Shown here: positions 55,840 to 64,000 of the stretch, one piece after another
Layout of the letters: every line of letters starts with the position of its first letter
How positions within the stretch are numbered: the first letter of the stretch is position 1
Virus record (IMG/VR): IMGVR_UViG_3300032293_002036
Reading direction: 5' to 3' (one strand)
Length of the DNA stretch: 64,000 nt
Source: an uncultured virus (IMG/VR IMGVR_UViG_3300032293_002036)
Taxonomy: Duplodnaviria > Heunggongvirae > Uroviricota > Caudoviricetes
Program-made: the position numbers and the translations under genes
The notes under the pieces: model-generated
Databases searched by the model: none
Told to the model about the DNA's origin: nothing
The model's input: only the letters and a program-made list of their open reading frames with translations

Positions 55840-56517
55840 TCACACCATTGTAACAGGCGCCTGCTGTCTGTAATAGCGCACGCTGCATTTGCAATTGGCT
55901 CCACACTCACAACGCTGGCCAGGGAGAGGCAATGTGCCGATGGACACTCTCCCCATGCTCGCATAACGCATGCAGTCGGCGCAGTGTTTGGCTTGAGCGT
56001 CCAAGATGCGCTCCATCAGTCCGTGGCCCTGCTGTTGTTTGCGAAGCTCGGTTCCTTGCCAGTACGAGCCACGAACGCTTTGTGCATATAAGCCGATGCG
56101 AGCAATGGCCATTGGAGCAGAAACGCGCTGCTCTAGAAGATTACGGGCAAAACTTTGTAAATAAGCATACTCACCCCGTAGCCTTTGACCAATCCGGCCA
56201 AACTCCCCACTGCCCATGTTGCTTTTTCCGCCATAGCCAACAATTGCCGCTTGAATGTGGGCGCCTTTGATTGCCTCTCGAACACTGCCTTCCCATTGGT
56301 CAAGCGTAATACTACCACTACTAAGCATTCTCGTGAAACGCTTCAAAGTGGTTTCGAGCTTGTCAATGCGGGCGTCAACAAGCTTTTCAATAGAGACTTG
56401 GCTTAGGAAGCGACCTTTTTCATCGCGATAGCGTCCGCTGCGCTGGTCGTAGGACCATGCAGCATCGAGCCTTGTTGACAGAACGATAAAGGAAAACTGG
56501 CTTAGATCATTCAGCAT
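55840..56517 (-). CDS. head morphogenesis / minor capsid protein (Mu gpF-like)
   Basis: 'HCADC', 'LPLPG..CECGANCKC'; directly after portal. Confidence 0.75.
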   Translation of the reverse strand: MLNDLSQFSFIVLSTRLDAAWSYDQRSGRYRDEKGRFLSQVSIEKLVDARIDKLETTLKRFTRMLSSGSITLDQWEGSVREAIKGAHIQAAIVGYGGKSNMGSGEFGRIGQRLRGEYAYLQSFARNLLEQRVSAPMAIARIGLYAQSVRGSYWQGTELRKQQQGHGLMERILDAQAKHCADCMRYASMGRVSIGTLPLPGQRCECGANCKCSVRYYRQQAPVTMV

Positions 56518-58567
56518 TGTCGGCTTCCAGAAGTTCCTTGAAGCGAGCGGGGGCTTCGCTCTTCCATTCCTCAAGAGCCTTGTCGATGTCCTCTTCGGAG
56601 ATAAATGCGGCTTCATCAACGCCACCAAGGATGCGTCCTTCAACAGTCATGGGGTCAATGGCATCCACTTTGCTGCTGACCATCTTGGCTGCACCTTTCC
56701 GCTCGGGATTGGGGTCTGACTTGCGCTTGCGGGCAACGATGGTTTCGCGCTCTTCTTTGCTCATGCCCTGGGCTTTTGCCTTCGGCAAGCACTTGGGCTT
56801 TCCTTCCCCCTCTTTCCGACCGCCGCATTCACCAAGAATTTCCCCATTGGCCCCAATGCGCACCCACTCCTCTTTGAACCACTGATCCAAATCGTCAGAG
56901 TGAATTTCTTCACCGTCCTTGCCGCTAAAGGCGCCAGAAGACGACCCATGCTTGCGCTTGTACAGTTCTTTGTACTGCTTCACCATGTAAGCACTGGCGT
57001 AGGCGCTTGGCCACACCTTGAACTTTGTCTTGGCCGCCGCGATGGCTTGCTGATGGAGGTCCTTGTCAGTAAACTTCACATCGCCGCGCACTTTCTCCAA
57101 TTCCTTTTCCAGAAACAGGCCTGCGGAGTCCTCCACTTCTCGCGTGCCATCCATGGGAAGAGTGCCGTTCTCTTCGTTCATGGGATCGCGCCCGCCAGGA
57201 GGCACTTTCATCTCACCGCCCTTGCTGGGAAGTTCCCGGACCACGGAAGGATCCAGGGTGAGTTCCATCGACCACTCGGAGCCCCCGTAACGGGCATCTG
57301 CCACCTCCTTCGGACTGAGTACGCCGAGTTGCACGTAGCGCCCGTCCACGGCTGCCACGCGGGCTCTTACGTCGGCCTTCTCGCGCTCGTTCAGCTCGAA
57401 GAGATCGTTGAACTTGACGCGCCAGGAGTCCGGGATGGTGCCGTTCGTAGGGCCGTCTTTGCTGAGGAGAATCAACTCCATCAGTTGCTTCATTGGCCGC
57501 TTGAAATGAGCCCCTTGGTAGTCACCGAGCATCTTGGCAAAGTCTCGCTCTTCACTCCGGCCAGTGGACCCAAGTCCACCAGGGCTCTCTCCGAACAGAA
57601 TCGTGTGCGGAATCTGAGAAGCTCCAATGATGTCAATGCGAAGCTTCTCAAGGATGTCACCCACTCCAGAAAGGTTTCGACTGATGAAGTCAAGCTCTTC
57701 TTTCTCAGCGTCGATGGCGTAGCCGCGATAGACGCTTTTGCTCATGTCGTTCAGAACCAAGCGCTCGCGAACGTCTTTCTCCTTGCCAGCAGCAAGCATC
57801 GTTGAAAGGCCGCGCAGCTTGTGCACGAAAATGTCAAACTCGGAAAGCAGCGTTGCTGCAGAGCTAACGCCAGACGAGTAGAAGCGGAAACTGTCGTAGA
57901 CGCTTTGAAGAGTGCTCATTCCCCACCCATAGTTCCGTTGGCGGATGCGGTAGGGCAGCCACTCCCCGTCAAACCTCAGAATGCGATCTTTATGGATATA
58001 GGTGAGGGCAGGGTTCTGGATGAGGTCGCCAGAAATGATCTGATATTTTGTCGCCTTGGAATAGTCGTAGAGATTCTCCTCTGTGATGACAGGGGCAATT
58101 TGCCAGCGGTCTAGCACCTCCATTCCTTGAATGCTGCGAATGTTGTTGCGATCTACGGGCTGGTCAGCGCTTCTTCCATCGTCGATGTAGAGAAGAATGA
58201 CGGCCCCGCCAAACAGTCGGGCATTCTTGCAGGCAAGTCCAAGATTCTCAAGGATGTACAAATCCTCAATCACCTGTTCAATGCCGGACACCACCTTGGC
58301 CTCCGCTCCTTCTCCTCCAAACAGCACCTTGAAACCTTTCCGCGTGGCCTGCTCAGCAACGATGTCAATGATTCGCTTCGGAATCCACTCGGAGTAGAGA
58401 TTTTCAAGCTCTTCCTGGGTGAGGAAAACGATGGGGGTGGCGGTGGTGTACTGGCTCTTGTCGCGACGTGTGCCCATTCCAGTAAGGGCATTCACCAAGC
58501 CATCCATACGAAGGCCGGCACCACCGTTATGCCCAAGGTTCACGATCTCTTCCACTGTGCAATCCAT
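56507..58567 (-). CDS. portal protein (DUF1073 family) with C-terminal extra domains
   Basis: 'ARLFGGA', 'IHKDRILRF', 'WGMS.LQ', 'IP.T.LFGESPGGL.STG..E'. Confidence 0.88.
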   Translation of the reverse strand: MDCTVEEIVNLGHNGGAGLRMDGLVNALTGMGTRRDKSQYTTATPIVFLTQEELENLYSEWIPKRIIDIVAEQATRKGFKVLFGGEGAEAKVVSGIEQVIEDLYILENLGLACKNARLFGGAVILLYIDDGRSADQPVDRNNIRSIQGMEVLDRWQIAPVITEENLYDYSKATKYQIISGDLIQNPALTYIHKDRILRFDGEWLPYRIRQRNYGWGMSTLQSVYDSFRFYSSGVSSAATLLSEFDIFVHKLRGLSTMLAAGKEKDVRERLVLNDMSKSVYRGYAIDAEKEELDFISRNLSGVGDILEKLRIDIIGASQIPHTILFGESPGGLGSTGRSEERDFAKMLGDYQGAHFKRPMKQLMELILLSKDGPTNGTIPDSWRVKFNDLFELNEREKADVRARVAAVDGRYVQLGVLSPKEVADARYGGSEWSMELTLDPSVVRELPSKGGEMKVPPGGRDPMNEENGTLPMDGTREVEDSAGLFLEKELEKVRGDVKFTDKDLHQQAIAAAKTKFKVWPSAYASAYMVKQYKELYKRKHGSSSGAFSGKDGEEIHSDDLDQWFKEEWVRIGANGEILGECGGRKEGEGKPKCLPKAKAQGMSKEERETIVARKRKSDPNPERKGAAKMVSSKVDAIDPMTVEGRILGGVDEAAFISEEDIDKALEEWKSEAPARFKELLEADNAE

Positions 58568-58623
58568 TGTGTGTTGTATTCATCTTAGCAAGTGGCTACA
58601 GTGGCTACGTTTTCTGAATGATT

Positions 58624-59109
58624 ATGCACACCCCCATTGAGTTTGTCTTTACAGAGGAAGAGCGCCAACAAGCAATGGAGGAGGGGCAGAGGCGTCAGTC
58701 GGTCAATGAGAGCAAAGGGCTTCGTGGTCGCAACGGCGGAGCATGGAAAGGCAGCAAGGCCCTTGACATTCACATGTTGGGAGCGGCAGGTGAAATGGCG
58801 GTGGCTTCCTACCTCGGAATGAAGGACCATCTATACAAGGAAACGGAAGCTCGACGCGGCTCCGACGATCTGCCGGGAATTGATGTGAAGACTCGCTCAA
58901 AAGCATCTTATGACTTGATTGTGCAAAAAGGAGAAGATAGCCAGCGAATCTTTGTTTTAGTGACGATCGAAAGACAGAGGACGTTAATATGGGGCTGGTG
59001 TTACGGCCACGAGGCAATGCAAGAGCGGTTCTGGGCTGATCCTGCGCGAGGCAGGCCTGCCTATTTTGTAGGGAAAGAGCACTTGCACCCCATGGAGGCC
59101 TTGAAATGA
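58624..59109 (+). CDS. hypothetical PD-(D/E)XK-like protein
   Basis: 'GAAGEMAVASYLG', 'D...IDVKTR', 'IWGW'. Confidence 0.65.
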   Translation: MHTPIEFVFTEEERQQAMEEGQRRQSVNESKGLRGRNGGAWKGSKALDIHMLGAAGEMAVASYLGMKDHLYKETEARRGSDDLPGIDVKTRSKASYDLIVQKGEDSQRIFVLVTIERQRTLIWGWCYGHEAMQERFWADPARGRPAYFVGKEHLHPMEALK

Positions 59110-59816
59110 CTAAGCAAGATCCAAATCGTTTTTATGTCTACGCATATTTAAGGTCTAAGGACTCGGAGCATGGGAAGAGACTAATGCCTTACTATATTGG
59201 CAAAGGTCACGGCAATAGGGCTTTTAGCACAAGCAGGCGAGGGGCACCAAGACCCAAGGATACAAATTTTGTTGTTTTCATCCAAGAGGGCTTGACGGAA
59301 GAAGATGCTTTTGCCTTGGAAATATATTGCATTAAACTGTACGGAAGGATTGACACTGGAACCGGCATCCTCCGCAACCTCACGGACGGCGGAGAAGGGG
59401 CGTCTGGCACCGTGACAAGTGAAGAGACGTGCCGCAAATTGTCAAAAGCACTAATTGGAAACCGGCGACGTTTTGGAAAGCCGCAAACGCAAGCAGCCAA
59501 GGACAAAGTATCGCGATCCCTTCTTGGCAACAAGCGCTCCCTTGGGAGATTGCATACGCAAGAAACAAAAGACAAAATGTCGTTATCACGTACTGGAAAA
59601 AATCACACGCGGGAGTCAAGGGTGAAAATGTCTCAATCAAGACTCAAATATCTTTATGAGTTGATCGACCCCGCAGGAGAGGTTTACATGACCGACAATC
59701 TTAAGGACTTCGCGAAGCAATATGGATTACATCAAAGCGCTCTGCAGCAAATGGTCAACGGCAAAAGAAATCACCATCAAGGTTGGACTGGGCAAATTGC
59801 CAAAGCATTAAGATGA
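59106..59816 (+). CDS. GIY-YIG homing endonuclease with NUMOD3 repeats
   Basis: 'FYVYAYLR...PYYIGKG...R', 'LRNLTDGGEG', repeats 'HTQETKDKMS'. Confidence 0.85.
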   Translation: MTKQDPNRFYVYAYLRSKDSEHGKRLMPYYIGKGHGNRAFSTSRRGAPRPKDTNFVVFIQEGLTEEDAFALEIYCIKLYGRIDTGTGILRNLTDGGEGASGTVTSEETCRKLSKALIGNRRRFGKPQTQAAKDKVSRSLLGNKRSLGRLHTQETKDKMSLSRTGKNHTRESRVKMSQSRLKYLYELIDPAGEVYMTDNLKDFAKQYGLHQSALQQMVNGKRNHHQGWTGQIAKALR

Positions 59817-61189
59817 CTCTGAAGTGCAGCGAATTCGCAAAGTTAGTCCTCCAGTTGGAGCTGTGGCCTGAGCAGCAGCGCATTCTTGACTCTTATTTTG
59901 GCGGAGACAAGACTCATGCAGTGTGGGCCTTGGGAAGACGGTGCGGCAAGACGCTCATGGCTTCTATTGCGGCTTTGTACGCTTGTTTTGTCTTAGAAGA
60001 CAAATACAGAAGACACGTCAGAAAGTCTGAAAAGTTTTACATCCTTACTATCGCTAACGACCAAAGTCAAGCGAAACTTGCGCTTAACAATATCAGACAA
60101 TTGCTACTGGATAGCCCGCTGGCAGACGAGATCAAAAGGGAGACTGCCACTGAGATTGAAATAAGCAATAATTGTATCTTCCAGGCTATACCTGCCTCGG
60201 CCAGGACCTCCCGAGGCAAGGCTGTGGTCATGCTGATCATGGACGAGTTGAGCTTTGCGCTGGAGGGCGATGCAAACCGTGGTGCATCAGCCATCTACCA
60301 GGCGCTCTCCCCCTCGATCGCTCAGTTTGGCAAGCACGGTCGGATTCTGGAGTTGTCCTCCCCGTGGCTCACGGACGGCCTGTTCTACCAGCACTACTGC
60401 TGGGCCACGTCAGGCGACTACCCCTTCATGCAGGCCGAAAACCTGCCCACTTGGACCGTCAACCCCAACCTCCCGTGGGGCTGCCCGTTCCTTGAGGCCG
60501 AACTCAAGCGCAACCCTGAAACTTTCTGGGTGGAATATGGCGCTCAGTTCGCGAAGAACAACTCAGCGCTCCTCGATGCGCAGATTGTCGATGTGGCGGT
60601 CAACCATGACAGGGGTATCCTGTTTCCGCAAAAGCCGGTGATGGGCACCTACGTGCTCGCCTTGGACCCTGCGCGTGGGGGCGTGGGCCGAGACGATTAC
60701 ACCGCCTGCATCGTGCATTACGAAGGCGAGAGGCTTGTGGTAGACAAGTTCCATGCTTTCGAGCCTGACTTTGACATTGGTGGCAAGAAGGAAGTGAACA
60801 TTGCCAAGGTTGAAGAATGGATTAAGGAGCACCACCGCATTTACGACTTCCAAAGCATCGTGCTTGACCAGTTCAACAGCTCTGGCACTATTCAGTCGAT
60901 GTCGAAAGATTTCCCCATCGCTGAGCTGGCTTGGTCTGTCAGCACAAAGATGAAGGCATTCAGCAAGATGAAAGAGCTTTTCAATGCTGGCCTCATTGAG
61001 CTGTATCCTCATGACAAAGCCGTGAAGCAGCTCAAAAACCTGAGCGTCATCTACAGGAGCAGTGGTCAATGGGCGGTGACTGGCGGCAAAGAAGTGGGCA
61101 TTGACGACTACGCTTTTGCATTGGCCGGCGCAATCCTGGAGGCTTCAAAGGATAACGACATCGACTGGTTGAACAGCCTTGTTCGCTGA
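59813..61189 (+). CDS. terL: terminase large subunit
   Basis: Walker A 'GRRCGKT', Walker B 'LIMDE', 'SSP', 'EYGAQF', RNase H 'LALDPA', 'IDD'. Confidence 0.9.
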   Translation: MTLKCSEFAKLVLQLELWPEQQRILDSYFGGDKTHAVWALGRRCGKTLMASIAALYACFVLEDKYRRHVRKSEKFYILTIANDQSQAKLALNNIRQLLLDSPLADEIKRETATEIEISNNCIFQAIPASARTSRGKAVVMLIMDELSFALEGDANRGASAIYQALSPSIAQFGKHGRILELSSPWLTDGLFYQHYCWATSGDYPFMQAENLPTWTVNPNLPWGCPFLEAELKRNPETFWVEYGAQFAKNNSALLDAQIVDVAVNHDRGILFPQKPVMGTYVLALDPARGGVGRDDYTACIVHYEGERLVVDKFHAFEPDFDIGGKKEVNIAKVEEWIKEHHRIYDFQSIVLDQFNSSGTIQSMSKDFPIAELAWSVSTKMKAFSKMKELFNAGLIELYPHDKAVKQLKNLSVIYRSSGQWAVTGGKEVGIDDYAFALAGAILEASKDNDIDWLNSLVR

Positions 61190-61204
61190 TGGCCAGTAGA
61201 ATTT

Positions 61205-61588
61205 TCAAGAATTTGTAATTATCGCATTTCGTGAAAAACCCAGTATTTGACCTGTCGATGAAAGAGGCGTCCTATTTGATTGCCCTGCTCGAAGCTGATC
61301 GCCAAACTGCCCTGCAACTTTTGGCCGCAGATCATTTTTACGAGCCGTCTCTTTTGCCGCGCCTGAGGAAGTTTCAACAACTGCTGAAAAACCAGCAACT
61401 GCTGAAGGACAAGGAGGCTTCTGCCAGTGGCGAATGACGCCAGCAACAATGAAGCCGTTTGTGACCATGTATGAAATGAGAACAATCGTTCTCATAAGAG
61501 CGACAACGTCTGCTTCTTTTTCATTCCTGCCTGCCTTTGGGCCCATCGCCAGTGCCCACATCCGCCAAGCACTTTGCCTCTTCCGCAT
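61205..61588 (-). CDS. small membrane protein
   Basis: 'W..A.G.KAG....EAD.VA..RT.....TN.FIVAGVIRHW' pattern; 3' part runs antisense over the previous ORF. Confidence 0.5.
   Translation of the reverse strand: MRKRQSAWRMWALAMGPKAGRNEKEADVVALMRTIVLISYMVTNGFIVAGVIRHWQKPPCPSAVAGFSAVVETSSGAAKETARKNDLRPKVAGQFGDQLRAGQSNRTPLSSTGQILGFSRNAIITNS
61231..61437 (+). CDS. hypothetical protein
   Basis: 68-aa helical ORF. Confidence 0.45.
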   Translation: MKNPVFDLSMKEASYLIALLEADRQTALQLLAADHFYEPSLLPRLRKFQQLLKNQQLLKDKEASASGE

Positions 61589-61766
61589 GAATCCAATCCT
61601 TTAGCTCTGCCACATATTGTCGCAGCATTTGAGCCTTTTGAAGGTGCCAAGGGTCGCGATGGGAGAGGAATAGTTCGGTGTGCCCGTCAATAGCCTTGAG
61701 GAGATTGTGAATGGGCGCGTTCCAGCGTGATCGGACAACGGTGTCAAACGTCCTGCGATCGTTCAC
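61521..61766 (-). CDS. hypothetical protein
   Basis: 'WNAPIHNLLKAID.H....WH..KA..LR.YV.ELK.WI'. Confidence 0.6.
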   Translation of the reverse strand: MNDRRTFDTVVRSRWNAPIHNLLKAIDGHTELFLSHRDPWHLQKAQMLRQYVAELKDWIHAEEAKCLADVGTGDGPKGRQE

Positions 61767-62283
61767 GGTCCTTGAAGAAGTCTTTGATGCACTCTAAAGG
61801 CACAGGACTAAAGTCATGCTGCTCTACGCAGCAGTTGAAATACTTCTGATCTGGCTGGCCGTTGGCGTCCTTCACTTCAAAGCAGTGCAAGTGGCCATGT
61901 GCATTGCCAGCGTACCTCCCAGACAAACTGTCAGGATGCACGGGAATATGAGTGAAGATCACGCCATCTCGATAGAAGGCGCCACGAATGTCCACAAAGT
62001 GATTCGCATAGTCCTGAAGCTTGTAAATGTCATGGTTGCCTTTAATCAGCACCTTGCTTCCATTGAAGCGATCTAAGAGGCTGAGCCCCGAGCGTGGAAT
62101 GGCCACGTCGCCCAAGATGTAAAGCCGATCCTTTGGACTAACCACCTTGTTGAACCTCTCGATCATCGTCTCATGCATCTCCTCAATGGAAGAGAAAGGA
62201 CGCATGTGCGTGCCATCGGGGTTGACAAAAGAAAGCATCTTGGAGTGGCCAAGATGCAAGTCCGAGGTGACAAAAGCGGCCAA
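61744..62283 (-). CDS. calcineurin-like metallophosphoesterase
   Basis: 'SDLHLGH', 'LGDV', 'GNHD', 'THIP', 'HGHLH'. Confidence 0.9.
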   Translation of the reverse strand: MAAFVTSDLHLGHSKMLSFVNPDGTHMRPFSSIEEMHETMIERFNKVVSPKDRLYILGDVAIPRSGLSLLDRFNGSKVLIKGNHDIYKLQDYANHFVDIRGAFYRDGVIFTHIPVHPDSLSGRYAGNAHGHLHCFEVKDANGQPDQKYFNCCVEQHDFSPVPLECIKDFFKDRERSQDV

Positions 62284-62316
62284 CGGAACGAAAGCGGGGT
62301 TTTTATTGTATCAGAA

Positions 62317-62410
62317 GGGGAGAGGACGGAGTCGAACCGTCGTGACCCAGCGAGGGAATCGAACCCAGCACAACAGATACATCCATTGTCGCCACCAAGA
62401 CGTCTCTCCC
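62317..62410 (-). ncRNA. tRNA-like element (non-canonical)
   Basis: Acceptor-like GGGAGAG/CTCTCCC, T-arm GACGG-TTCGACT-CCGTC, D-like GTC-TTGGTGGC-GAC, extra GGG-TTCGATT-CCC hairpin; no 7-nt anticodon loop and no CCA. Confidence 0.6.
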
Positions 62411-62976
62411 AGTGACCTCCAGGTTTGAGCATCGTTGAGAGGCTTAGGAGGTGTTGATAATGACCCATGCGTAACTGATGGGGGCAGTCAGAGGCCTGAG
62501 CGCTATCAGCCAGGAAGAGCACCCCGCACCGTCGGCGGACTCCAGAACTGGCAATGCCCGATGCCGAAGCAGTGCGGGTGCTGCAGGAGGCGATCAACCC
62601 TCCTGGCCTGCCAAGGCAGGTCTTAGAACGCAAGCCAGCAAGACTACTTCCCGACGACGCGGGTTCTTGAACGGGCTGCTCTCCATTGACAGAGCAATGG
62701 AGGGGATAAGGAAAGCACATGCATATTTAAGCTCAATTTAAAATTAAGCCGCTTGATACTTTCCCTCAATTCCAGTTGTTGCTGCGACACCGTCTACACA
62801 CTGGCAAACTCTAACGGTGAAAGCGAGTCCCATCCTCGCTGGGCTTGTCAATGAGGCTAACAAGCGCTGCCTCTCCGTGTTGCCGGAGATACGCAGACGA
62901 AGGAGCAAACGTACCGTGCCAAGCCCGAGGTGAAATACATCCACCCGTAGGCCGGTAGGGACGTGTTCCCGTCGCT
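62317..62976 (-). ncRNA. large ornate structured RNA or RNA cluster (~660 nt)
   Basis: No credible ORF, more than 12 hairpins plus long-range complementarities, extended -10 TGCTATAGT at 62981-62989. Confidence 0.7.
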
Positions 62977-63009
62977 TGAAACTATAGCACCCTTGGGCAG
63001 CGAGCGGTA

Positions 63010-63750
63010 CTAGCGGGAGTACGCAGGCAGCGAGGTGTTCGGGCTCTCAAAGAACGAGATGGCCCTGCTGCTGCGCGTGGCGGCCATTTCAGGGGCCTTG
63101 CCAGTGAGGAACAGCGATTGCGATTGCCGCAGCCAGAAGTCCCTGTTGAGCCACTGATTGGACGACTTGCCCAGATCATCAAACAGCCATGCAACAGTCG
63201 CGGCACGCAGTTTGTTCAGGCTTTGGCTTTCCTTCTCGCCCAGCTCCTTGCTCACCATGGCATTCACCACCGTATGCACCCGCTCGTCGCGGCTGATGTC
63301 CTGAGACACCGTGCGCATGCCCACGTCGCCTGTTTGACGGAAGAACGGCAGAGCCACGAAGAACACAGAACGCTCCATGATGCCAGCCTTCAGAATTGGG
63401 TGGGCAGGATGCTCGTTCCATGCCTTCAGAATGCTCATAACCTCCAGTTCTGCCTTTTCGCTCGTGCCGTGGGCGTCCACCACGAAATTGAGCGCAGCCA
63501 GATGGCGATCCTCGTCCTCCTGGTTGGAACGCAGGGTCTCGATGAGTCCAGGAGTGTTCGGCAGCTCTTGCTGCATGCCCTGCTCCAAAAGCTCTTTCAC
63601 GGGGATCTCCAGGTGCCGAAGAGCCAGCGCCTTGAGCAGTGTGCTCTCAGCGCCTTCAGTTACAGCGCCCTTTGCCACTGGCACCGGCTGCCAGGACCGC
63701 TTCTTCTCCAGAACATTCAGATAGGGGCTCGGGCCAGCAATGGTGCTCAT
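63010..63750 (-). CDS. nrdB: ribonucleotide reductase beta subunit, minimal ferritin-like
   Basis: 'DEDRH', 'MERSVFF', 'DISRDERVH' metal ligands; downstream of an alpha-type C-terminus. Confidence 0.8.
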   Translation of the reverse strand: MSTIAGPSPYLNVLEKKRSWQPVPVAKGAVTEGAESTLLKALALRHLEIPVKELLEQGMQQELPNTPGLIETLRSNQEDEDRHLAALNFVVDAHGTSEKAELEVMSILKAWNEHPAHPILKAGIMERSVFFVALPFFRQTGDVGMRTVSQDISRDERVHTVVNAMVSKELGEKESQSLNKLRAATVAWLFDDLGKSSNQWLNRDFWLRQSQSLFLTGKAPEMAATRSSRAISFFESPNTSLPAYSR

Positions 63751-63781
63751 TTTTCGCTCAGTGCAATGTAAAAAAAGAGAA

Positions 63782-63810
63782 GAAAACAAAGGGCCGAAAT
63801 TTCGGCCCAA
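63782..63810 (-). terminator. hairpin/terminator between RNR genes
   Basis: GGGCCGAA-AT-TTCGGCCC-TTTGTTTTC. Confidence 0.6.
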
Positions 63811-63835
63811 GAGGAAGAGACGATGGGAGGGAGTG

Positions 63836-64000
63836 TCATTCAGCGCAACTGGAGCAGAAGCCTGCATCCAGATTGCAAGACACACTTTCTTCTACTGGCT
63901 CGGCATCACCAAGCCCAAACATGCTTTGAAAATCGTCATCTAGAGCAGCGTAGGCATCATCCTTCCGTTGCATGTCAGGCATGACTTGCAGCGAGTAGTA
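63836..64000 (-). CDS. nrdA: ribonucleotide reductase alpha subunit, C-terminal 54 aa (partial)
   Basis: Read by hand: YYSLQVMPDMQRKDDAYAALDDDF...CNLDAGFCSSCAE*; YY pair and terminal CxxC. Confidence 0.8.
   Translation of the reverse strand, partial: YYSLQVMPDMQRKDDAYAALDDDFQSMFGLGDAEPVEESVSCNLDAGFCSSCAE

Noticed and set aside
56507..58567. Anti-CBASS Acb1 label sometimes attached to DUF1073 proteins
   Set aside because: No paired HxT 2H-phosphodiesterase motifs seen; sequence and position indicate a portal
62317..62410. Functional tRNA (e.g. Tyr from GTA, or Sec)
   Set aside because: The anticodon-position loop is only 4 nt and an extra T-loop hairpin is present; kept only as tRNA-like

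Overview
This window is part of a dsDNA tailed-phage (siphovirus-type) genome. A picocyanobacterial host is inferred from the small ferritin-like RNR beta plus short-tailed alpha, the ThyX type and the small-gene content; no photosynthesis genes are present to confirm it. 1-7.8 kb holds small accessory genes, rlpA, a terminase-small-like gene and several ORF-free structured segments. 7.8-20 kb covers replication, recombination and nucleotide metabolism: a primase-helicase with an Ala-initiated class 3 LAGLIDADG intein, a Sak3-like annealase, an exonuclease, an SSB-like protein, dcd, thyX with an HNH intein, and a dNMP kinase. 20-21.8 kb is a probable lysis module. 21.8-58.6 kb is a minus-strand virion operon: portal, head morphogenesis, three glycosyltransferases plus a methyltransferase, DUF2213 protease/scaffold, DUF2184 capsid, neck, tail, tape measure, lambda-like M/L/K/I/J and many fibre proteins. 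58.6-64 kb carries the terminase large subunit, a phosphoesterase, a ~660-nt hairpin-dense ncRNA candidate ending in a tRNA-like fold, and RNR genes. The most unusual signals are: (i) several candidate structured RNAs, two sharing a promoter motif; (ii) a second -1 frameshift (G GGA AAG) in the head module, together with recurring [RKH]-x-D motifs at head-protein domain boundaries, suggesting protease-released capsid cargo; (iii) a glycosylation cassette inside the head operon, with Ser-Gly-enriched virion proteins. All family assignments come from motif recognition by eye; no database searches were run.
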